Below, piece after piece: positions 35,201 through 44,120 of a stretch of 64,000 nt of DNA. The notes under the pieces are model-generated. The model was given only the letters and a program-made list of their open reading frames with translations. It ran no database searches and was not told the DNA's origin. The first letter of the stretch is position 1. Every line of letters starts with the position of its first letter. Position numbers and translations under genes: made by a program. Source of the DNA: Carpediemonas membranifera BICM (taxonomy: Eukaryota; Protista; Fornicata); the NCBI GenBank assembly GCA_019828565.1, contig JAHDYR010000012.1, positions 1,054,001 through 1,118,000 on the forward strand, written 5' to 3'.

Positions 35201-35782
35201 GTGAGTGCCGACGACCGTGATGAGGCTGTTGGCGGCGTCCCGGGCGAAGGGGAGAAGCGTCTCGGCCTCCATGGCGCACACGGCGTTGAGGGCGGTGATG
35301 GCGGCCCCGATGACCTCGATCATGGGGGAGTGGAGCCCGTGCGCCAGGGCCGGGATGACCTGCTCGCGGACTGACTTGGTCCGCTCGCACAGGACCGGGT
35401 GGATGTAGGTCAGGACGTGCGCCATGACGATAGCCTTGCTGCTCCTCTGGGAGTCTGTCTTAGAGCTCTCAGGGAGCTGGTAGTCGCGCAGGATGAGGCC
35501 GAGGAGCTCGGCGACATCCTCATCCGGCTGCGTCGCAATGAAGGCACGAACGGTGCGCAGAGACTGCGAAGCAACGCCAGTATGATCATCATAGAGGGAT
35601 TCGAATATGTTGGGCGTCACCGTTGGGAACTCGGCCCGAAGAGAAGACACTTGGCCGTTTCCCTCGAAGAATTGCTGGAGATGGGAAAGCCCCATCTGCC
35701 GAATGTCTCTATCCTGATTGTTGTTCTCATTGGTGACGAATATCTGGCGAATGACGGCCAGGTAGTCGGGCTTTGGCGCCAT
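32291..35782 (-). CDS. CAND1: CAND1/TIP120-like HEAT-repeat protein
   Basis: DRDIRQMGLSHL at the N-terminus; acidic loop ending DTDSWRVRLAA (cf. DDDMSWKVRRAA); C-terminal LGIEQQIDASNAVR. Confidence 0.7.
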   Translation of the reverse strand: MAPKPDYLAVIRQIFVTNENNNQDRDIRQMGLSHLQQFFEGNGQVSSLRAEFPTVTPNIFESLYDDHTGVASQSLRTVRAFIATQPDEDVAELLGLILRDYQLPESSKTDSQRSSKAIVMAHVLTYIHPVLCERTKSVREQVIPALAHGLHSPMIEVIGAAITALNAVCAMEAETLLPFARDAANSLITVVGTHPIHTRPALVALGNIAPLLDPTFAAQSVLPALTSMTEAATLPFATAAVGRVAAAIATTDSKVVTDAVKHSLGVLATVADMGLDLAEECIARAAALECIAAVAGAVPRYTLEPVLDAISAAIREGVSFDPLAAEFGEFSETSDDESDYSAASMSEASDAGDMDADTDSWRVRLAAVNAAAAVAVVTNGLLLDALATGVQDANTNVSEPAASAMLTALPSIPAHALAHLDLVAIASSTDPLASKIIAAAIRRGAPIPVDPSRLVARAMVEPDVEASLVLLWGSIGTHDTQTWAAIAEKSATARGMIAATELLSFGAEDDRVALIGILLAAIAGNKGTNAASTAIAGVMDAMPLRGLLDDVLPHAIAALAAPTPDLLAAAGRLIQRVPDVASDLAGPLATHLTGADSTMRSGAVDAFVSFGAAIPVAGVTGALLAYAQLPHADPRILPSLATSMAPHTTMTGAEVSAVVGLLVKLIEAERDCPAVMDVVSRLASCTAVVPALTNAIDTAVKRCATITVLAAFAKIRVMITDPEALYRATMNAMALEPGHAAITMRFLMERDSRYATAKTLDALLSKRVSSFEVVTHIANAAGLLVSFKPDLVGRIPETCKVMHVTKKMSSIDCMAQGLSKPPDPHAFDKEDEFLRHAIHLHAAKAAVSALLDRDAPFPPQIEEYAKKALELWKIASDSNKTSFEGAVVAIFTAFAVRGLATPAACFTDRQRIAVTLALFRRVPDQQHVDTVVQAVHHIAKTLNVSAGLDSIQIPRDTEFLFIHQALGALTDMARAGAAFQDPVGLWQLVLLIAATLTRPFDDHVFSLEVKTLGIEQQIDASNAVRVLGWSTLGYILATAGPDFNAVLDRLEATIVPFVIHNIALEGNPDVISAAVPVLRAMTTRWAGHTIALARAIGLTVKKSASAQACGMLVEVAQKTGAAGHVALAEAVLRWADWPEAHKKLNEAMAGVEQFRHRVIPVEE

Positions 35783-35920
35783 CTCTGTTGTGACTCAGCC
35801 GCGACTCCCTCTGCCGGGCTTGTGCACCGCAGCGGCTGACATCTCCACATGGCAAGTCATGGCCGCCCCGCGCGGCTTGGGCGACGCCCGAGCCGTGTAA
35901 AGTGCAACTACTACTATCCT

Positions 35921-36283
35921 TTACTCTGCCGTCTCCTGCCCCTCACCGAACGAGAACCCAGGCAGCTGCTGCACGAAAGCCTGGATTATGTTAGAGATCC
36001 GGGCCTTTTCAGACTGAAGCTGCTGATGCTCCTCGGCGGAAGCGTTGAACTGCTCTTCGACCTTGGCGAGGATCTGGTTGGCCTGTTCGTCGATATTCAT
36101 GTGTAATAAGCATAGAATGGAACGTACTGAAGCTCATTGTTAAGATTCTGCAGCAGGTCATTGATTTTCATCCCAAAGTCTGAGTTATCTGGGAGGATGA
36201 AGGGACGAACCTGTCAAAATCGCAGTTATCGACTGAGTATCCTGTGTTTCGTTGTTTGTGCCTGTTTCGTTCTGCTCACTCAT
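35921..36283 (-). CDS. Small coiled-coil protein (~100 aa), 3 exons, not in the ORF track as one gene
   Basis: Exons 36283-36211, 36179-36128 and 36098-35921 join in frame via a GTTCGT...TAACTCAG intron and a GTACGT...TTACACAT intron. Confidence 0.5.
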
Positions 36284-36766
36284 CCAATTAGCCAGGTGAC
36301 CTCTCCGGCGCTTACGAAATCCCTTAAAGTGCGTCAGAATCTGAATTATCGCACTTAAGGCTTGTTCGGCGCCGTTATCAGTAGCCAGTAGATATGATAG
36401 GAAAGGCGAGGAGACGCTGACCTGGAAGCCTCGAAAGTTTAGCATGGAAAGAAATGAGTCATCAGTGCATCGCCTTGAGGCAGACCGGCCATGGCAGGAG
36501 CACATGTTGCCGGAGAATGCAGTGCATATATGGTGGTTAGTGCATGTGTGTGATCATTCGGGTGGCTGTAATCATCGCACTTAGCATCGACTTGTGTCAA
36601 CCGGGCTCACACTCATTTTCTCGAAGCCTAACCGGGAATCCGTTGAGAAGCTGGACAGGAACGATGTCAGGACTCGTCGCTGAGTCAGCCCCTGGCAGGC
36701 CAGCGACAGTCAGCCGTCCCCCGCACTTTAATCACGCAAGACATTCGTCGAACACAGCACTGAGTG

Positions 36767-39427
36767 ATGGATTTCGCACGAATGCTGCTGGCAATGCCTA
36801 CATACGGCAGTTCCTGTCGAACTGTTGCAGTTGTCGGTCCCTACGGCAGCGGAAAGACGGAGCTCTGCGAGTTCCTCTTCGATGGGCCCTCCTGTCTGCA
36901 GGAGGAGGAGGATAGACACATGACGATGTTCACCAAGCCAATTATGTCCCAGTGCTCCGATTCAAACGGCCGCACTCTGCTGGTTACCGCGTTGGACACA
37001 CCAGGCTTCGGTGAGTTTGTTGGCTCGGCCCTCCAGGCCCTTACAATGGCAAATTCCGCCCTTGTTGTCGTGGATGCGATTCATGGCATCAGCGGCATTG
37101 CCCGAGACGTCCTGAGGACCGTTGCCGAGCAGCACAAGCCCATGACCCTCGTAGTGAACCAAGCGGACCGCCTCGTCACGGAGCTGCAGCTGCCGCCGGA
37201 GACCGCGTACCAGAAGCTCGACTTCGTAATCAGCGAGGCCAACGCGGTGCTGCATACCGTGGACCCGACGTACCCCGCCCTGTCGCCCCTAGAACACACC
37301 GCCCTCGTCGCCTCGGCCCGGGACAGATGGGTGCTGGACCCCGTGGAGCTCGGGGCCGAGCTGTACGGTGACGCCATCAACCCGGCCAGGCTGTGGGGTG
37401 ACTGGTTCCGTCAGCCGGACGGGCGACTCTCGCGGAGGCCCGGACCAGATGGGCCTGTGAATAGAATCGCCACGGTCGTCCTGCTCGAGCCCATTTATAA
37501 GCTGTACGCCCTCATGGCGGGCGGGAAGCCAGGTGAGCTGGATGCTGCACTGAAGACACAAGGCCTGACCCTCAAGGCGAAGGAGTACGCCCTCAACCCC
37601 GCCGACCTCATCAAGCTTGTCTTCGGACAGCGCTGGCCCCGGTCTAGGGCTGGCGGCGGCAGCAAGTGGATGCTGGTTGACCGTCTGTCGGACCACCCAG
37701 ACATGACAGCCGCGCCCACCGTCACCCTGCCCGCTGCAGTCGAGACACAGGCCCGACCCGACTCCGTGGTGGCCATGGTCAGCCACATCATCCCAGTGCA
37801 GGGCTCTTCGCACCACTACGCCATGGTGACCGTCCTCCGGGGCCAGCTGGTCCCCGGGGCGCGGCTGTACGTCCTCGGGGGAGACATGGCCACGGGGGAC
37901 ATCAGGCAGAGTGTCTCTGTGGACTCGGTTCGAGTCCCAATGGGAGCAGACTTTATTGATCTGGATGTGGCGCCCGCCAACACAATCGTCGTCATCCCCA
38001 GCATCGCCAACCGCATCCCCTACCCCGCCCTGCTTGTGTCCGGGGAGATCTTTGACGGCATCAAGGACGCGCCCCAGCTTTCAGCCACCGCCGCGTCAGC
38101 CCTGGTCCCGGCCCTGCCGCCCCACATGCCCCCAGCCCTCACAGTCGCCGTCGAGCCGCTGATACCGACCATGGAGTTCGACCGGCTCGACACAGACTCC
38201 GACACCCCCCCGCTGGAGGTCGTGCGGCGCCGATTCCCCGCGGTCAAGATCGGACACGTCGGCGGGGGGCTGTGCGACGGCCGCTTCCTCCGGGCCCCGG
38301 GGGAAGTGACGCTTGATGCCGCCCTCAAGGCGTTGAGGGAGGTCAGCGGCATCGAGGTGCGCGTCAGCCTGCCGCACGGGGTCTTCTACGAAACGCCCAC
38401 CGCCCAAGGGGGAGGCGAGGCTGTCGTCGAGGCCCCGCTCGGCACCCTGGTCAAGAGCACACGCACCCCCGAGGCCGTCTTCCGGGTCCGTGCAACTGCC
38501 GTCCCCGTGCGAGACCGGTCCGTCGAACTTCCGGCCGACCGGATCGCTGAGATGCGTGATGCCGCCACCGAGGAGCTACAGACCAGGACCCTCCGATCCG
38601 ACTTCTACCCCCTCTCGCACTTCGAGGCCGCCAGCCTCGTCGCCGCGGACCAGACCACTGGCAGCTTCTTGCTGTGCGGGACGACCGAGCGGCTTCACAC
38701 GGCGGACCTGCAGCTCGAGCTGCTGCCCCCGGCCCATGCGGACGAACAGCTTGACCTGGAGAGACGCACCGAGACACTCAGGGACACTGCAAACAGGCTC
38801 GGCCTCACCCCACACCCGTCTGCGGCACCGCGAAGCAGCCTGCAGGTTCGCCAGGCGGTGATACGTGGCTTCCAGGCCGCCGTGGAGGCCGGCCCGTTGT
38901 GCATGGAGCCGGTCGCCGGCTGCGTCTTCACCATCGACTTCCCCGGGTGGGTGGGAGACTTCTCCCAGTTGTCGCTGCCGGGCCTCGTCACCATGGTCAC
39001 CAAGGCCCTCCACGCCGCTCTCGTCCACGCCGAGCCGAGACTCATTGAGACAGTCGTTGACTGCGAGCTGGTCCACCAGAACTCCTCTGCCGTGCGGGGG
39101 GCGGTCGACGCCATCGTACGACACCGCAGGGGGCGTGTCGTCGCCTCCGAGGCCATCCCTGCCACCCGGCTGCAGCTCACGGGAGCCGAGATCCCCGCCC
39201 TCGAGGCCCCCGGCCTGGGTGTCGACGCCGGCCTCCACACGGGGTTCGCGGTCCTCCAGCCCCTCGGGTCCGGGCTTAAACTGCTTGACTCCGACCCGTT
39301 CTCGGGGATCGAGACGGCCGTGCTGACCCCTGCGACGGAGGAGGGTCTAGCGGCCGACATAATGACCAAGCTGCGTCGCCGCCGGGGCGAGGATGACTTC
39401 GATCCATCCCGGTGGACGGATGTGTGA
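36767..39427 (+). CDS. SNU114: U5 snRNP GTPase Snu114/EFTUD2, divergent
   Basis: GPYGSGKT, LDTPG, VVVDAIHG, NQADRLVTELQLPPETAYQKL, RLWGDWF, LLEPIYKLY, GPLCMEP, PRLIE, RRGRV, KLRRRRG. Confidence 0.85.
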   Translation: MDFARMLLAMPTYGSSCRTVAVVGPYGSGKTELCEFLFDGPSCLQEEEDRHMTMFTKPIMSQCSDSNGRTLLVTALDTPGFGEFVGSALQALTMANSALVVVDAIHGISGIARDVLRTVAEQHKPMTLVVNQADRLVTELQLPPETAYQKLDFVISEANAVLHTVDPTYPALSPLEHTALVASARDRWVLDPVELGAELYGDAINPARLWGDWFRQPDGRLSRRPGPDGPVNRIATVVLLEPIYKLYALMAGGKPGELDAALKTQGLTLKAKEYALNPADLIKLVFGQRWPRSRAGGGSKWMLVDRLSDHPDMTAAPTVTLPAAVETQARPDSVVAMVSHIIPVQGSSHHYAMVTVLRGQLVPGARLYVLGGDMATGDIRQSVSVDSVRVPMGADFIDLDVAPANTIVVIPSIANRIPYPALLVSGEIFDGIKDAPQLSATAASALVPALPPHMPPALTVAVEPLIPTMEFDRLDTDSDTPPLEVVRRRFPAVKIGHVGGGLCDGRFLRAPGEVTLDAALKALREVSGIEVRVSLPHGVFYETPTAQGGGEAVVEAPLGTLVKSTRTPEAVFRVRATAVPVRDRSVELPADRIAEMRDAATEELQTRTLRSDFYPLSHFEAASLVAADQTTGSFLLCGTTERLHTADLQLELLPPAHADEQLDLERRTETLRDTANRLGLTPHPSAAPRSSLQVRQAVIRGFQAAVEAGPLCMEPVAGCVFTIDFPGWVGDFSQLSLPGLVTMVTKALHAALVHAEPRLIETVVDCELVHQNSSAVRGAVDAIVRHRRGRVVASEAIPATRLQLTGAEIPALEAPGLGVDAGLHTGFAVLQPLGSGLKLLDSDPFSGIETAVLTPATEEGLAADIMTKLRRRRGEDDFDPSRWTDV

Positions 39428-39486
39428 GCGTACGCAGGGCATACAGCGTCCACATGCATAAATAGAACTCGGCAACAGCATTTACC

Positions 39487-40750
39487 TTAAAGGGAGTTAG
39501 CGGCGGCGATGATGTGCTCGGCGGAGGTGTGGACGGAGCAGAGGTTGGCGACCAGGCGGAAGTGCTGCAGGCCGTAGTCGGAGGTCTTGCCCCAGACGGC
39601 CTCGATACCGGCGATGGCGGTGCGGTAGCAGTCGAAGTCCTCGACGGGGGCGGCGATCTTCATCAGGTGGACGGCGTTGAACTTCTCGGCGAGGGCCGTG
39701 AAGCGGTCATTCTCGGTCTCACGGACGACGATGGTGGCGGTGAGGTCGTCGGCGGCGCCGGTCTCGTTGGCGGCGACACGGCGGGCGTGGATGTGAAGAT
39801 CGACGTCGCGGGAAGAGATGGCGTCAGAGACGTTGGCGACGAAGGTAGGCATGAGGGCGGCGTTGCCGTAGGCGAGGTAGGTGGAAAGCTTGTTGCTGGT
39901 GAGGGCCTTGTCGCCGAACTGGCAGACCTGGGAACCAGTGGTCTTCTGGGTGACGTAGGCCATCTGCTCGGCGAGGGTGACATCAGAGAGGGTGTGGGCA
40001 TCGGCGTACTCGAGCCAGTTGACGGAGTAGACGTCGCCGAGGTAGGTGCTGAGGTGGGAGTCCCAGTAGCAGGCGTAGGACGACTGGGATGGGTTGGCAG
40101 CAGTGGAGGTGAACATGTTCGGGGGCAGCGTCTTGCCCTCGAACATGGAGCCGGACTCGCAGGCCTCCATGTAGAAGACAAGCTGCTTGTACATGCGGTG
40201 CTCGTGCATGTAGTTGAGGGTCTCCATGAGGGAGTCAGCGTACATGTACTCGCTGGGGAAGGCAACGAGGCCAGCAGCGCCGTGATCAGCGAAGTAGATG
40301 ACGACGTTGTCATTGGCGGTGGACTTAAGGGTCTTGGCGTGGCCACGGACGGTCTCGCCGCGGAGGACTGCAAGGAAGTTATCGGGAGTCACAGACTCGC
40401 CGGTGAAGTCCTTGGGGACGCCAGTGTAGACGTTAGGGCCGTTAATGTGGTTGATCACGACACCCTGGTCGGGGTTACGCTCATTGTGAGCACTGTGTAA
40501 GAGCATTCGGGCTGGATCGGAGAGGAACAAACATCTATGTAAGCTGAAATGGAGAAATACATGCATCGTCATAGTGGAAGACAATGATACGGGAATCGGG
40601 GTAGCCGTTCTTACGGAGAAGCTGGTAGGCGTGATAAACATCAGACTGGTGGCGGTAGTTGTTGTAGGTGTTGGAACCGGCAACGAGAACAGCCCAATCG
40701 TCGGCAACAACGAGGGCCAGAAGAGCGAGGATCAGCAGGAACGAGCGCAT
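39487..40750 (-). CDS. Legumain / asparaginyl endopeptidase (peptidase C13); exons 40750-40565, 40534-40533, 40492-39487
   Basis: Signal peptide, [50 protein letters not shown]. The two-intron model restores YDDIAHNERNP. Confidence 0.92.
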
Positions 40751-41172
40751 CTTGTTTCTGGCTGGATATAAACCCTTAGTGTTTGTGGCTGACTCCGATC
40801 GACTCATGATGAGATGGATCAAATCTCACACTGACCACTGGCATGAGGGGTCTGCCAAGATCCTCGCGGATGGCACGGGCTCATTTTAGCCACAGATTGA
40901 GGTGTGGGAGCATGGCTGTCCAGCCTGGAGGCAGTCATCTCAGCAAGTCTGCCGCCTGAAGGCGAATGGCGACCAACGAATGCAAGCTTGACACAATCAG
41001 TCTCGTGACAACATCAGTGAGCGCCAAGTGCGACCATTCCAAGCCGTCAAAAGTCAAACCATGTCTCCCGGTCAACCCAAGTCTGGATTTGTGATGGTTT
41101 CAGTAGTTTACCCGGTGAACGACTGCAGGCTAATGAGGAGCGGGCACGCCTCCAGGGACCCAGCCTACGGTT

Positions 41173-42309
41173 TCAGTCGGCATGCTCGTCCACGAAACCA
41201 AGGGGTGCCCCGGCGACGAGCTCGTCGTCCTCGGCAAAACGCGCCACCATACGGCGACCATCGGCGTCTGTCAACGTCGCTACATCGTCCTCAACGGTGA
41301 GCAACTCTGGAATGAACCCAGTCGGGAGTTTGACTGGGTTGAAGGCATTGCGGTCGATGTCCATAGCCCCAGCGGCCCAGTGCGAGTAGAAGCCGGCCAC
41401 AGCTACCCCGACAGGCGTCACCAGGAACGCCTCGGTGGATGTCAGCAGGAACTGGCGCACGAGCCGGTCTTTGTGCCAGGGGGGCAGGCCTTGCTCGTAC
41501 GCGGCCACCACAGGGCAGAAGGGGAAGGTGAGGCGGGTCGGGGCATGAAGGACCATGGCCGGCATCCCAAGCAGCTGCCTGGCGTTGCACCCCACGCCGT
41601 ACAGGCCTCGAGCAGTCACCAAGACGGTGCATACCGCTCCGGTCTCCGGGAAGCACTGCCAGTGCACCGTAAGCACCGTCGGACACGGCAGCCGGGCGTA
41701 CTTCACAGCGGGTGTCGACGAGCCGCGGGGCCGTGCGAACAGTCTGCCCTGATAGAGGCGGCGGCAGGCGAGAGCATGCACGACAGTCTCGCCGTCCTTG
41801 GAGGCGACGCAGTGGGCAAAGAAGAGCTTCTTACAGAGGAACCAGAGGCACTTGTCGGTGCTGCTGTATGCATTGTCGTCGTCCTGCGCACCATCCAGGT
41901 CCGGGTTGGCCTCACCCCCCATCATGCAAGCCCACAGCGTGCCCTGGAGCAGCGTGTGCAGGGCGACCGGGAGCTCCTCGCCATCAGCGAGCTCGACATT
42001 CATGCTGAGCGGAGGGCCGCTGGTGAGGATGGAGTGGGCGCGGTCGAGGAGCAGCTGTGCGTTTGGCTCGAGAGGCGGGAGTTCTGCGAGCCTCGCGAGG
42101 AGCTTATCGGCCGTAGCCCCAGTTGTGGCTTCATATGCTTCAGTATGATCGTGTAGCGAGGGCATCTCCTCGCGGAACTGCCTGTGGAAGGCGCCAGCGA
42201 TCAACGACGGCACGTCTCCGGGGACATCCGCCGTGGCGATCGTCGCAAGACGATGGAGACCTGCTAGAGCGTCTTTGAGCTCGGTTGCACCAGTGCTGGT
42301 CGCTGCCAT
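41173..42309 (-). CDS. RCC1-like repeat family protein, paralog A
   Basis: N-terminal ~125 aa identical to paralog B; LWFLCKKLFF, LVTARGLYGVGCNARQLLG. Confidence 0.65.
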   Translation of the reverse strand: MAATSTGATELKDALAGLHRLATIATADVPGDVPSLIAGAFHRQFREEMPSLHDHTEAYEATTGATADKLLARLAELPPLEPNAQLLLDRAHSILTSGPPLSMNVELADGEELPVALHTLLQGTLWACMMGGEANPDLDGAQDDDNAYSSTDKCLWFLCKKLFFAHCVASKDGETVVHALACRRLYQGRLFARPRGSSTPAVKYARLPCPTVLTVHWQCFPETGAVCTVLVTARGLYGVGCNARQLLGMPAMVLHAPTRLTFPFCPVVAAYEQGLPPWHKDRLVRQFLLTSTEAFLVTPVGVAVAGFYSHWAAGAMDIDRNAFNPVKLPTGFIPELLTVEDDVATLTDADGRRMVARFAEDDELVAGAPLGFVDEHAD

Positions 42310-42492
42310 TTCGCTTGGCACCACTGCAATCAGCTTGTGTTGTTGGTGCCATCGCGAGAGTCGACCCCAAGTCACAGCGAGGGTGTGGCGTGCAGCACAT
42401 GCATGTAGCCCCAGCACCACGACACTTCATTCGCGGTCCTCATTTCCCCGCAAGAGCTGAGTCTGCTGGGTCTGGTAAGGGGCGAGCTGCGG
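41930..42492 (-). repeat. 563-bp inverted duplication, arm 1
   Basis: Reverse complement of 46298-46860; I saw only one mismatch, near the gene-internal end. Confidence 0.9.
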
Positions 42493-42590
42493 AGGAGTCA
42501 TCCTGGTGATGTACCATGGTATGTGTATGCGTACACCTTCACTTCGATGGCTGTTGGAACCACCGGAAAAAACGCAGGATACCCCCGAAA

Positions 42591-43920
42591 ATGCAAATTC
42601 CAACATCCCCCTGGAGATTGGCGACGGGGGAAAGTGAGCATGAGGTGACGAAGAAGACTGAGCGTTATATTCACGAGAAGGATCGTCTCTGGGACAGCAA
42701 GGAACTCATTAGCAAGAACCGGCAGATCTACTCCTCCTGGGGCCGAAAGGACCTGGAGGCAAAGCGTATCAAGCACGAGAACAAGTGTAGGCAGCTAGAT
42801 ATGCTTGATGCGAAGAAGGAGGAGGCCCGCGTGCAGGAGCGACGCCAGCGAGCTCTTGAGAAGTTCCGTGCCAAAACGGCCGACCGGAAGAATCTAGAGG
42901 AGAGCATTGGCGCACCCTACCGCACTAAGCAGATCATCGACAAGCAGAAGACCATATTTTCTAACGGGCGTCGCTTCAACCGGCTGGGCACGCCCAACCG
43001 TGAACAGGAGATGACGTTCGACCAGGCGTATGGCTCCATGCCTGTCACAGCGCCAGCAGACCCACCCCGCCTGACGAGAACCGGCCGCACCGCAGCGGGA
43101 GACCAGTCCGCGCTGAACATGACCTCCCAGGCCCGGGGTCTGCTGATGTCCCGGGGCGGGGGGTACCATGGGCGGGATGACACTCACCGCGGGCAACCGC
43201 ACGCCGCCCCGGATCCAGACTGCGGAGGTCGAGGTGAAGGACTGGAACTACTACAAGGTGAGGAACATCCCGGTGTGGGACCGGAAGGACTACCTGCCCG
43301 ACAAGACTCGCCGCATGCTCGACAGGACCACGGCTAAGGGGTCCGCCTTTGCTGAGCGGATGGCCCGGACGGCCGATGCCGAGGCGTTGCAGCGGCAACA
43401 GTCGAGGCAGCAGTTCCTCCGCATGCGGCGGGAGGACATCCGGACCCACATGGCCAAGCGGCGGCTCGATAGGATCGAGATGGCCGCCGTCTCCGCCCAG
43501 CCTATCAGCGCCAACGACCTTCAGGCTGTCGAGAACATCATCGCGGCGTTCCAGCAGGACGAGTACACGGACTACCCCGAGCCCGTCGCCCTGCCCGACA
43601 TCAGCCAGACCCGGCGACTCGACTCCGACGGGCTGTCAGGGGCTGCGGTGCGGCGGGTCAGCCACGCCCTCCACACGGGCCAGACCGGGCGGGCCCGGAA
43701 GCCCGAGGACGTGTTCGCCACACAGAACGCGTTCATACGGGCGCCGGTTGTCAGGCCCGGGACAAGCTTCATCAGACAGCCCAAGCGGATGACAACGACG
43801 GTCGACGCCCTCAGCGTGGACCCGTCTGTGACGATGGACGCCATCACCCGGTTCGAGAAGGCGCTGAAGTACATGCCTAGCGTGGCCCGGGACGATGAGG
43901 AGCCGCAGCCCGTGGTGTGA
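42591..43920 (+). CDS. Hypothetical protein with an apparent 1-bp frameshift in a G-run near 43158-43163
   Basis: ORFs 42516-43337 and 43168-43920 fuse if GGGGGG loses one G (..MSRGGGTMGGMTL..). Confidence 0.55.
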
Positions 43921-44120
43921 ATGTACCATAGTCCATTTCAACAATAAAGCGTGCACCGGAGACCGTCTGTGCCGACCCGGACGTTATCTCCTGCCCGCGA
44001 CCATACAGATATGCCATAGGACGATGCGTGCGGCGTTGTATCCCGTGGTATACCCGCCATTCAGCCCTTAGTTGCGTTGAATTCGCAGGATAGCCCCTGA
44101 GAAAATACTGCTGCACAGCC

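Noticed and set aside
39514-40500. Long antisense ORFs (also over HSP70, 14-3-3, CAND1 and RICTOR)
   Set aside because: Shadow ORFs expected from high GC3 codon bias
43150-43170. Programmed frameshift
   Set aside because: It lies in a G homopolymer; a sequencing indel is the simpler explanation
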